From assembly GCA_965237405.1 (NCBI GenBank), contig OZ250139.1:771820-835819 (forward strand): 64,000 bases of DNA, written 5' to 3'. This DNA is from Vicinamibacterales bacterium. Lineage in GTDB: Bacteria; Acidobacteriota; Vicinamibacteria; Vicinamibacterales; UBA8438. Positions 35,055 through 43,479 of the stretch are shown piece after piece. The notes under the pieces were generated by a model that was not told where the DNA came from, did no database searches, and worked only from the letters and a program-made list of their open reading frames with translations. Each line of letters opens with the position of its first letter. Position 1 is the stretch's first letter. The position numbers and the translations under genes are program-made.

Positions 35055-36428
35055 TCATGAGCGACTCGCAAGCTCTCGTGCGGTTGCTCGCCCACCCGCG
35101 ATGCAGTCGGGAATACCGACACCCCGAACGCCCGCACCTATGATATGCATACCGGGCAGTCGAGAGAGCTGGTCATCGATAGCCGCCAACCGGTCAAGAT
35201 GACCGACTTCGAGTTGTGGGTTAAGCCTCGGCCACCGATAGACTCCGCGGGCCACCGGCCTAGCTGAAACCCCAAGAAGCTCGGCGAAGTCACGATGTGC
35301 CGACTCAACCAGCGTATCGTTGGACTGATCAAGTACGTGTTGATCGCGTGCGCCGCCGTAGAAGGCTCTAAGGAGCACGTCGCCCGGCGGAGCGCGACCT
35401 GGCCACTTCGATGACACCCACGAGGCAGCTATCAGCGATGGACCTGGTTCGACTCGTGGCACAACGAACCCGGTTCCGGCGAGCTTCCGACCGACGGCGG
35501 TCGCCGGATAGCTCAGCACGACCGTGGCGGTCGAAGTGTAAGGGATACCGGCGCAAAGCTCTTCGAGATCGGGTGCAACCCTCGAAACCAGACGCGCAGT
35601 GACATAGGCCGGTGTGGCGAATACCAGCGAGCGAGCGGTCGTGGTTGCACCTGAGGCACAAGTAACCGAATACGGACCGCGTCCGTCAACCGACGTAACA
35701 TCGTGGTCGGTTAGCAGGCAACCTTCGGGCAATGCGCAGCGAATCGCATGGGTCAGTTCGCCGATGCCGCCCTGGAGCGAGCGAAAGGGCCCGTCTTGGG
35801 AGCGGCTCGTTTCCGCTCTGAGGGACCGGTAGTGGCGGATGATGCTTCCGTGCTGGCGTTCTGCCTCGACGAGACGGGGAAAGAGTGCCGACATGGACAG
35901 GCGCTCGACGTCGCCGGCGTGAATGCCGGCGAGCAGTGGTTCAGCGATGTAGTCGACGGCTTCGTTGCCGAAACGCCGACGAAAGAACGAGGCGATGGTT
36001 TCGTCGGTGGTCGACGAAGACCTTGGAATGATGAGCTCCTGGGCCATTCGGATCTTCCCTGCAGCCGAGAGGAGTCCGGTGGTCGCGAGCGACCGTAATC
36101 GGGTCGGAATGCCCAAGACCGAGCTTTCAGGAAGTGGGAGGAGTCGTCCCGCTCTTACGACGTACGTCGTCCTTGGCGGGAGCGTCGAAATCAGGCGGTT
36201 GCCGAGGCCAAGCTCATCGCATAGCTGGACGGCCGCAGGTTTTTGGGCGAGGAGGGAGTCCGGCCCGCCATCGATTATGAAGCCATCGATCCGGTCGGTT
36301 CGGATGACGCCGCCGACGCGCGAAGCCTTCTCGAAGATGCGGCATGCGACGTTTCGTCGCCCCAGCTCATAGGCGACGGCGAGACCACTGATCCCTCCGC
36401 CAACAATGGCGACGTTGATATCTACCAC
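35055..36428 (-). CDS. hemY: FAD-dependent protoporphyrinogen/coproporphyrinogen oxidase (HemY-type; PgoX or CgoX)
   Basis: VAIVGGGISGLAVAYEL is an FAD fold. 457 aa, directly downstream of hemE (3-nt gap). Confidence 0.8.
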   Translation of the reverse strand: MVDINVAIVGGGISGLAVAYELGRRNVACRIFEKASRVGGVIRTDRIDGFIIDGGPDSLLAQKPAAVQLCDELGLGNRLISTLPPRTTYVVRAGRLLPLPESSVLGIPTRLRSLATTGLLSAAGKIRMAQELIIPRSSSTTDETIASFFRRRFGNEAVDYIAEPLLAGIHAGDVERLSMSALFPRLVEAERQHGSIIRHYRSLRAETSRSQDGPFRSLQGGIGELTHAIRCALPEGCLLTDHDVTSVDGRGPYSVTCASGATTTARSLVFATPAYVTARLVSRVAPDLEELCAGIPYTSTATVVLSYPATAVGRKLAGTGFVVPRVEPGPSLIAASWVSSKWPGRAPPGDVLLRAFYGGARDQHVLDQSNDTLVESAHRDFAELLGVSARPVARGVYRWPRLNPQLEVGHLDRLAAIDDQLSRLPGMHIIGAGVRGVGIPDCIAGGRATARELASRS

Positions 36429-36431
36429 TCA

Positions 36432-37454
36432 TCATCCTCGTTGGTGCACGAAGTGCGCGAGTGCCTGCACGTGCTCGACGGGCGTTTCAGGCAGGATGCC
36501 ATGTCCCAGATTGAAGATATGTCCGGGCCGGCCAGCGGCCCGATGCAGCACATCGTTAACGCCGTCCATCAGGCGCTCCACTGGTCCGAGGAGGATGGTG
36601 GGGTCCAAGTTGCCCTGAATCGCTCGGTCATGGCCGATCAGGGTCCACGCGTCGTCGAGCGGAATCCGCCAGTCGGCCCCGATCACGTCGCCGCCCGCTT
36701 CACGCATCATAGGTAGCAGCGTCGAGGTTCCGGTGCCGAAGTGGATGACTGGAACGCCGGTCGCCTGAGTGGCGTCGAGGATCCGTTTCGTGTGAGGTAG
36801 GGCGAATTCCCGATAGTCGTCGGGGCCCAGCGCCCCGACCCATGAATCGAACACTTGTATGGCCTGGGCGCCGGCTTCAACCTGGGCCTGAAGATAATCG
36901 GCAACGATGTTCGCTAAGTGCTCCAGGAGCGCATGCCAGGTCCCCGGTTCGCTGTACATGAGTGCCTTTGTCTTGGCGTAGTTCGACGATGGACCGCCCT
37001 CGATGGCATACGAGGCTAGGGTGAACGGTGCCCCGGCAAAACCGATCAGCGGGACACGACCCTCAAGCGCCCGTCGCGCCAGCCGTATGGTTTCGAGGAC
37101 GTGACCGAGCGAATCGCGCGGATCGAACGTCTTGAGCCGATTCACGTCTTCAGCCGACCGTACAGGCGTCTCGATGACTGGTCCTTCTCCCTTGACGAAG
37201 TCGAACGGGATTCCCATCGGCGCGAGAGGGAGGAGTAAGTCCGAGAAAAGGATGGCCGCATCAACATCAATTCGGTCAACGGGTTGCAGCGTTACCTCGG
37301 CGGCGAGCTCGGGTTGACTGCAGATCTCGAGCAGGGTGTGCCTGGCGCGAATCGCACGGTATTCTGGCATGTAGCGGCCAGCCTGTCTCATAAACCAAAC
37401 AGGTGTTACGTCCACCGCCTCGAGGCGGCACGCGCGCAGAAATCGGTCATTCAC
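36432..37454 (-). CDS. hemE: Uroporphyrinogen decarboxylase
   Basis: PVWFMRQAGRYMPEYR, ILFSDLL, GFAGAPFTLASY and FNLGHGI. Confidence 0.92.
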   Translation of the reverse strand: MNDRFLRACRLEAVDVTPVWFMRQAGRYMPEYRAIRARHTLLEICSQPELAAEVTLQPVDRIDVDAAILFSDLLLPLAPMGIPFDFVKGEGPVIETPVRSAEDVNRLKTFDPRDSLGHVLETIRLARRALEGRVPLIGFAGAPFTLASYAIEGGPSSNYAKTKALMYSEPGTWHALLEHLANIVADYLQAQVEAGAQAIQVFDSWVGALGPDDYREFALPHTKRILDATQATGVPVIHFGTGTSTLLPMMREAGGDVIGADWRIPLDDAWTLIGHDRAIQGNLDPTILLGPVERLMDGVNDVLHRAAGRPGHIFNLGHGILPETPVEHVQALAHFVHQRG

Positions 37455-37536
37455 CTGAATATGCTACTACGCAGGTTGGACGCCTCTGGCATCCGTGCTA
37501 GGATGGCCCGTTTTAGGCTCGTTCCGCGGAGGTTTT

Positions 37537-38151
37537 GTGTCACCCGTCCTCTTACGCCCCATCAGAGAGCAATTAGAGCACGACCGGGTCATCCGGCAGT
37601 TGAAGGTCCGGTTTCGCCGCAAGTACAACGTGGCCATAAACGTCAGCAACGACGAAGTGGCCTTCGTTCGAGTTTCCGGGCGTTTGCATTATCCCGACAT
37701 CGTCTTGACCAGCACATCCGGCGGGCGCCGGCTGCATGGGGTCGTTGAGGTTGAGACAGCAGAATCGATTAACCATCTGGAGGCCATCACCGAGTGGACT
37801 CACTTTGGCAAGGTCAGGGGGGCATTCTATCTCTATGTTCCTGCAGGTTTCACCGACATTGCTGATCGATTGTGCGCTGCCGGGGGCATTAATGTCACTG
37901 AAATCTGGGCGTATTACGCGATCGGATCGCAGGTGAAGTTTTCCAGGGCCTACCGGTCGCCGCGGGCGAAAAGAGCAGCGAAGGCGGCGAAGACGTCACG
38001 TTCCGGTTCACGGGTGGTCAAGAAGGCCACGAAGCAGGTGAAGGTTTCCATGGTCTCCCGGTCGCCGCGGGCGAAAAGAGCAACGAAGGCGGCGAAGACG
38101 TCACGTTCCGGTTCACGGGTGGTCAAGAAGGCCACGAAGAAGGTCACCTAG
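37537..38151 (+). CDS. Hypothetical protein: restriction-endonuclease-like (PD-D/ExK-like) N-terminal domain fused to a Lys/Arg/Ala-rich histone-H1-like repeat tail
   Basis: ORF 37495..38151. GGAGG lies 4 nt before GTG 37537. The core is HYPDIVL...LHGVVEVET...FYLYVP. The tail has two 35-aa repeats, RSPRAKRA(A/T)KAAKTSRSGSRVVKKATK. Confidence 0.55.
   Translation: MSPVLLRPIREQLEHDRVIRQLKVRFRRKYNVAINVSNDEVAFVRVSGRLHYPDIVLTSTSGGRRLHGVVEVETAESINHLEAITEWTHFGKVRGAFYLYVPAGFTDIADRLCAAGGINVTEIWAYYAIGSQVKFSRAYRSPRAKRAAKAAKTSRSGSRVVKKATKQVKVSMVSRSPRAKRATKAAKTSRSGSRVVKKATKKVT
37953..38145 (+). repeat. Near-perfect direct tandem duplication, period 105 nt (35 codons)
   Basis: 37953-38035 and 38058-38140 differ at only one position (gagcaGcg versus gagcaAcg) over the first 82 nt, then diverge. 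The duplication is in frame within the CDS tail. Confidence 0.9.
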
Positions 38152-38207
38152 AGGAAGCCGCCGACGAAGGTAAGAGCTAGGAAGAAGAAGTCTGCCCGCA
38201 AGAAATA

Positions 38208-38957
38208 ATGCCCTACCTGAGATTCTCACGCGACGGCCGCGGCTACGAGAATACCTACGTCTTTCACACCGCCAAGAAGGACGGCAAGACCCGTCCCCGC
38301 ATGCTGTACTGGTTTCGAACGCCACCGAACGTCAAAGTGGGACGTGTCCCGCTCGACGAGGAGGCCATTCGAGCGATTGAAGGCCAGAACCCTGACGTCG
38401 TGTTCGATTGGAAGCGGATGTTGAAGCTGCGAGCCACGCGTCAAACAGACCGGCGTGCCGAATTTATCTCTCGAGGTTCGAAGAAGCGTCGGCACAGCAG
38501 GGAGCTTGGGAGAACGCAGCCTGAATCGACTCCGAACGAGCCGCGCTCTTCGGATGTTAAACCGATGCTAGAGGCACAGCCCCCGACGCCGACGCTTGCG
38601 GTTGATGCCGAGCAGCCTGATCCCGATGTTCTTGAGGCCGAGGCGCATCTTGGTTCGAGTGACGACACGGATGAAGTATCCGATGCACCAATCGAGCACC
38701 CGGTCATCACGTTGCTTGGCGACGAAACACTGGTTCGACTCCGGGCGCGGCATGCCGAGATCAGGGCGCGAATCAAGGAGAAAGTGTCGGAGTCGGCAGA
38801 GCTGAGTGCGATGCTCGCGCGTGCCGAGCCGATTAATCCCGATCGCTGGAATACGATCGAAGCCGCTGTCCGAGGCATCGAACGGTTCGAAGTGGAAGTC
38901 GGGGAGATTAGGGCCGATCTGGGCCGCCGACCACCCCGGTCGCGACGTGTCAAATAG
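38208..38957 (+). CDS. Hypothetical protein (basic N-terminal domain, acidic linker, coiled-coil-like C-terminus)
   Basis: 249-aa ORF. Its ATG shares an A with a TAA at 38206-38208. MPYLRFSRDGRGYENTYVFHT...MLYWFRTPPNVKVGR. No family recognised. Confidence 0.5.
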   Translation: MPYLRFSRDGRGYENTYVFHTAKKDGKTRPRMLYWFRTPPNVKVGRVPLDEEAIRAIEGQNPDVVFDWKRMLKLRATRQTDRRAEFISRGSKKRRHSRELGRTQPESTPNEPRSSDVKPMLEAQPPTPTLAVDAEQPDPDVLEAEAHLGSSDDTDEVSDAPIEHPVITLLGDETLVRLRARHAEIRARIKEKVSESAELSAMLARAEPINPDRWNTIEAAVRGIERFEVEVGEIRADLGRRPPRSRRVK

Positions 38958-39066
38958 TCCGTTTTAGCGGCAAACTTTTCTGGGATTCGCCACGTCTTAA
39001 GGATTTAATGGCGCGATGCATACGTGAAGCCTGAGGCAGTCGTAACTTGCTATAATTTGAGGCACC

Positions 39067-40431
39067 ATGAAGATCTCACCATCACGGTTCGTTCAAGAGA
39101 TGCTCTGGCCCCTGGGGGCGGTTGCCCTGGTGAGTGGTGTGGCAGGTCTAACTGGCTTGGGTGCGAACGTGATCGCGCAGGCACAAACGCGGGCAGTCGT
39201 GCCTGGTCAGGATAATCAGGAACGGCCTATTTTTCAGACCGGCATCACACTGGTAACAACTGACGTAATCGTGCGTAACAAGAACGGCGTGTTCGTTCCT
39301 GACCTTGGTGCCGAAGACTTCCTCATTTCGGAGGACGGGGTGCCGCAGGAAATCGCGTCGCTGGTCTTAGTACACGGCGGACGTGTGTACAACCAGCTGG
39401 CCCCACCGGCGCCGGTTCAGGAAGGGATCATCCTTCCCTCGGCCCGACGGGTAGATGACACGGCGGGGCGGATCATCATCCTCTTCGTCGATGACCTGCA
39501 CTTGACGAGTACGCTCACACCGAAAATCCGCGACGTGTTTCGGAAGATCACAGACACGCTGATTCACGAGGGCGACCTTTTTGCCATCCTCTCCACCGGT
39601 CCGTCATCGCTAGCGGTCGAGCTCACCTACGATCGGTCGTACCTTCGAGACGCTGAAATGCGCATCATGGGCGATGGGTTCTCTCCAAATGAAATGATGC
39701 AGCTTCAGCAGGGCTATCGCGGTGTGTCCGAGCTGAGTTTTCGTGCGCACGTTGCCATGAAGACCGCTCGCGCCATGATTAAAAACCTCGAGCAGGTCCG
39801 CGATCGTCGCAAGGTATTTATCTATTTGAGCAGTGGATACGAACTGAATCCGTTCTCCATGTCGCGAAGTTACGGTGGTGGTGCTGGCATCCCAGAGGGC
39901 CCCTATGGAGACGACGCCTGGTATGGCCGTCTCAGGGATGGATACCCGAATATGCCGTATGCCGGCACTGATCCCTTTTTGTTCGATAGCAGCATTTACG
40001 AGCCCCAGCAACAGTTCGCACAGGCGGATATGGTCCAGTGGATCGTTGAACTGACGAGGGCCGCGAATCGTGCCAATACAACGTTTTATACGGTTGACCC
40101 ACGGGGGCTCGTGGCCGCCGCTGATATCGATCAAAACATCATCGGACAAATGCGCGAGTGGGATGATTACGTCTGGAGGACCCAGAGCACTCTGCGTATG
40201 CTGGCGGAGTTAACCGGTGGGACAGCGATCGTTAACCGGAACGACTTCGAGAATGCGATGCGGGAAGTCGATGCCGAGACTAGCGACTACTATGTCCTTG
40301 GTTACTACACGAGCAATCCTGATCCGACTCGGCACACCAGACGGCTCGAGGTTGAGGTTGATCGGGAGGATGTCGACGTCCGCCACCGCACAAGCTATAC
40401 CTTCGCTCGAGAGACGCTGGCTCAGCGGTAA
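39067..40431 (+). CDS. VWFA-related acidobacterial-type domain protein (TIGR03436-like), exported
   Basis: FQTGITLVTTDVIVRNKNGVFVPDLGAEDFLISEDGVPQEI, IIILFVDDLH and LAELTGGTAIVN...YYVLGYYT...LEVEV...VRHRTSY. Confidence 0.75.
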   Translation: MKISPSRFVQEMLWPLGAVALVSGVAGLTGLGANVIAQAQTRAVVPGQDNQERPIFQTGITLVTTDVIVRNKNGVFVPDLGAEDFLISEDGVPQEIASLVLVHGGRVYNQLAPPAPVQEGIILPSARRVDDTAGRIIILFVDDLHLTSTLTPKIRDVFRKITDTLIHEGDLFAILSTGPSSLAVELTYDRSYLRDAEMRIMGDGFSPNEMMQLQQGYRGVSELSFRAHVAMKTARAMIKNLEQVRDRRKVFIYLSSGYELNPFSMSRSYGGGAGIPEGPYGDDAWYGRLRDGYPNMPYAGTDPFLFDSSIYEPQQQFAQADMVQWIVELTRAANRANTTFYTVDPRGLVAAADIDQNIIGQMREWDDYVWRTQSTLRMLAELTGGTAIVNRNDFENAMREVDAETSDYYVLGYYTSNPDPTRHTRRLEVEVDREDVDVRHRTSYTFARETLAQR

Positions 40432-40434
40432 GAG

Positions 40435-40653
40435 CTAACGGTCGGTCGAAGCGTTACCCGCCCCGTCGTCGTCGGCGTCTACCAAGCGATTTGTGTACAT
40501 GCGCTCTACCGCTTCGTTAAGGTAACTTCGATCGATCTCGATCCCGATAAAGTCGATGCCAAGTGTGGCACACGCGATGGCTGTGCTGCCAAGCCCCTTG
40601 ACCGGACCGATGGCGTGAAGGCGTGGACGACAAATCTGAGCGTTATCCGCCAA
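40435..40653 (-). pseudogene. C-terminal remnant of an N6/N4 DNA methyltransferase (N6_N4_Mtase-like)
   Basis: HAIGPVKGLGSTAIACATLGIDFIGIEIDRSYLNEAVERM parallels the (V)LDPFxGSGTTxxAAxxLGRxFIGIExxxxY...A..R block, but the D-P-F-x-G-S-G residues are mutated. Only about 72 codons are present, with no catalytic DPPY part. Confidence 0.5.
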
Positions 40654-40763
40654 GAATCGACGATTCCGGGGTTGGGTCGCTTGGTCTGAAGGCAGGAAAA
40701 GATATACAGAATCTTGCGAGTCCTCTGCTAAAATGCCGGTTACTCTTGTAGAGTGCTGCCAAC

Positions 40764-41741
40764 ATGGGAGGGGTCATAGGCTCACTTCGTCAGACTCGGT
40801 CGGTCCGACCGGTGTTCCAGTTCGTGAGCGTGGTCGTGTTGCTGCTGTGCTTCAGCACGGCAGGCTGGGCGCCGGATGTGGGGTTGGCCGAGCCACAGGA
40901 GGTCAAGTCCGTCGCACTGGTTCCCGACCCTGCTCGTGATCCTCCCCGACAGCTCGACATCAGTAACATTCGCCCGCCCCGTGTACGCGCACGGGCTGCC
41001 ATGATCTATAACCCGACGACCCACGAGGTCTTGTGGGAGCATCGAGGATACGAACGTCGGCCGATCGCCAGTATCACCAAGGTGATGACTGCGCTGGTTT
41101 TTCTTGATCGGAATCCCGATCTCAACCTCGACGTAGTCATGTCGCGACGGGATGTCACGCGGGCGTCGATGACGTATCTTCGTCGAGGCGAGCGCGTGCG
41201 TCTCCGAGATATCCTGCATTTGGCACTTGTTGCATCGGACAACGCAGCCGCTCGCGCGTTGGCAAGGGTGTCGGGGTGGGGCACCAAGGTCTTTGTCGAG
41301 CAGATGAATCAGAAAGCTGCCGAACTCGGGTTGCACAGCACGGTCTTCGCCGATCCGTCCGGGCTCGACAAGGGGAACACGTCGACGGCTTATGACCTCT
41401 CGCGGCTGATTGCGCACGCGTCGGAACAACAGAAGCTCGCACACATCATGCGGAAGCCGTTTTATCAGATGCACACCAGCCGACGTCAGCTACAGATGCG
41501 GAACACTAATCGGCTGCTCAATAGGCAAGTCGTGGTGGAGGGCGGCAAGACCGGTTACATCGATGCGTCGGGCTACTGTCTGGCGACCGTAGTGCACGTT
41601 CCTGGTGTCGACCCACTCGCTATGGTTGTCCTCGGGGTTGGCTCCAACGCCGGTCGGTTCAGGGACGTCATGCGGCTTGTCGATTGGGTGTCGAAGCAGG
41701 GACGGTCCCTCGTGGCGTCCGGGGCGTATCCGGCTAACTAG
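40764..41741 (+). CDS. D-alanyl-D-alanine carboxypeptidase (peptidase S11, PBP5/6-like)
   Basis: All three motifs are present: SITK (ASITKVMTALV), SDN (VASDNAAA) and KTG (GGKTGYI). Signal/TM N-terminus. Confidence 0.85.
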   Translation: MGGVIGSLRQTRSVRPVFQFVSVVVLLLCFSTAGWAPDVGLAEPQEVKSVALVPDPARDPPRQLDISNIRPPRVRARAAMIYNPTTHEVLWEHRGYERRPIASITKVMTALVFLDRNPDLNLDVVMSRRDVTRASMTYLRRGERVRLRDILHLALVASDNAAARALARVSGWGTKVFVEQMNQKAAELGLHSTVFADPSGLDKGNTSTAYDLSRLIAHASEQQKLAHIMRKPFYQMHTSRRQLQMRNTNRLLNRQVVVEGGKTGYIDASGYCLATVVHVPGVDPLAMVVLGVGSNAGRFRDVMRLVDWVSKQGRSLVASGAYPAN

Positions 41742-41829
41742 TGTTCCACGTGCAGTGTCGTGTGCCAGTTGGGCGCATAATCACCTGCCAGTTAGAGCCC
41801 GTCACCCGCGGAACCCGATCGATTCGCCA

Positions 41830-42400
41830 GTCACAGCTCTAGATCTCTCCTGCGCGATCGTTCAGGCACATTATTCATCCAGCTGATGATGCTCCGTTCG
41901 TGATTCGCACGGTCTCGCATTTCGTCTATCAAAATGGATTCGATCTCTTGGCCGGGATCATGGACGAGCTGGCGACACTTAGGCCTAGGGTTGTTCTACT
42001 TGGAACGGGCAGAGCGCGTCTTCAGGACATGTGATGCAATGACGGTGACGATCATCCGACGGTGTTCGGGGTGAATGTTAGATACGCCGAGCGGCTGGCA
42101 TACCTCACTAAGACTGGCGCCGACCCCTTTCTGATGTCCGTAGTAGCACGAGCCATGTGGATTGAATCAGATGTACAGTATGCGCTACGGGACCGCGCTG
42201 GTTGTACGCGCGACGGGCGGTCTGGACGACGCCGTGATATCGCCCGACGACGCTTCCTGACGGGACGTCCGATTCAAGTATTGGACGCTGGATGGCTCGG
42301 TCTTACTGACGACGTTGAAGTGCGCCATCGGTCTTTAGGACTAGCTGAGATGGTGAACCCTTCATCGTTGTGGAGTGTCTGAGGACTTCTCACTGGCAGC
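41830..42400 (+). pseudogene. glgA: Decayed C-terminal half of glycogen synthase
   Basis: In shifting frames: DDAPFVIRTVSHFVYQNGFDLL...VVLLGTGRARLQDM-TGA-...VNVRYAERLAYLTKTGADPFLMS, then a frameshift, then [29 protein letters not shown] (from 42150), then TGA, ..FKYW... The EPCGLxQ...RYGT...TGGL block is the GlgA signature. Confidence 0.8.
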
Positions 42401-42472
42401 TTTGGCAGCGGAGTAGGTCAAGACCTATAGGGCTGGTCGACCCGCGAGGTGATCGAGGTGGGGGAGACACGC

Positions 42473-43420
42473 ATGCGTGAGGTCATGATCATTGGTTCGG
42501 GTCCGGCCGGATTGACGGCGGCTCTCTATGCTGCGCGGGCGAAACTTGCCCCATTGTTGATCGAAGGGCTGGAATCGGGAGGGCAGCTGATGCTCACGAC
42601 GGCCGTTGAGAACTACCCTGGATTCAAGGACGGCATCATGGGTCCTGAGCTGATGGTAGCGATGCGTGCCCAGGCGGACCGATTTGGCACCGCGTTCGTA
42701 CAAGGCGACGTAACCAGTGTAGATTTATCCGGCCCGCCGTTTATTGTCACGACAAGCGACGCGACCTACGAGACGCGTGCACTCATCATCGCGACTGGAG
42801 CATCGGCTCGGTTGCTCGGGCTGCCGTCGGAACGCGCGCTCATGGGCCATGGCGTTTCGACGTGCGCGACGTGCGACGGCTACTTCTTCCGCAACAAACC
42901 AATCGTGGTCGTCGGCGGTGGTGATACTGCGATGGAAGAGGCGATCTTTCTCACGAAGTTCGCGTCACACGTGACCGTGGTCCATCGGCGAGACGAGTTG
43001 CGAGCATCGCAGATCATGCAGGATAAGGCGTTCTCCAATCCGAAGATTTCGTTCGAGTGGGACAGCATGCTCGACGAGGTAGCCGACACAGACAGAGGGG
43101 TGGTGACCGGCGTTGTCCTTCGTGACGTGAAGACCGGTACTACGAAGACCTTAGATGTTGACGGCGTGTTCATCGCGATCGGGCACACGCCGAACACCGC
43201 GTTGTTCGCGGGTCAGCTCGAACGGGACGAAAACGGCTACATCGTGCCTCATGGCGGTGCTCGAACCAGTGTTCCAGGAGTGTTTGCCGCCGGCGACGTC
43301 CAGGACCACATCTATCGGCAAGCGGTCACCGCTGCCGGCTCTGGGTGCATGGCCGCCATTGATGTTGAACGGTATCTGGAGAGCCTGCCTGTCCGTGGCG
43401 GAGACGTTCGACAGGGGTAG
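42473..43420 (+). CDS. trxB: Thioredoxin-disulfide reductase
   Basis: VMIIGSGPAGLTAALYAAR, redox CATCDG, GGGDTAMEEA and AAGDVQD. The start is chosen at MREVMIIG. Confidence 0.92.
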   Translation: MREVMIIGSGPAGLTAALYAARAKLAPLLIEGLESGGQLMLTTAVENYPGFKDGIMGPELMVAMRAQADRFGTAFVQGDVTSVDLSGPPFIVTTSDATYETRALIIATGASARLLGLPSERALMGHGVSTCATCDGYFFRNKPIVVVGGGDTAMEEAIFLTKFASHVTVVHRRDELRASQIMQDKAFSNPKISFEWDSMLDEVADTDRGVVTGVVLRDVKTGTTKTLDVDGVFIAIGHTPNTALFAGQLERDENGYIVPHGGARTSVPGVFAAGDVQDHIYRQAVTAAGSGCMAAIDVERYLESLPVRGGDVRQG

Positions 43421-43479
43421 CGGGGGATTCGAAGTTGGATGATCCCGGCGTTCGCTAGCGGGTCGTTTGGCGAATTCCT

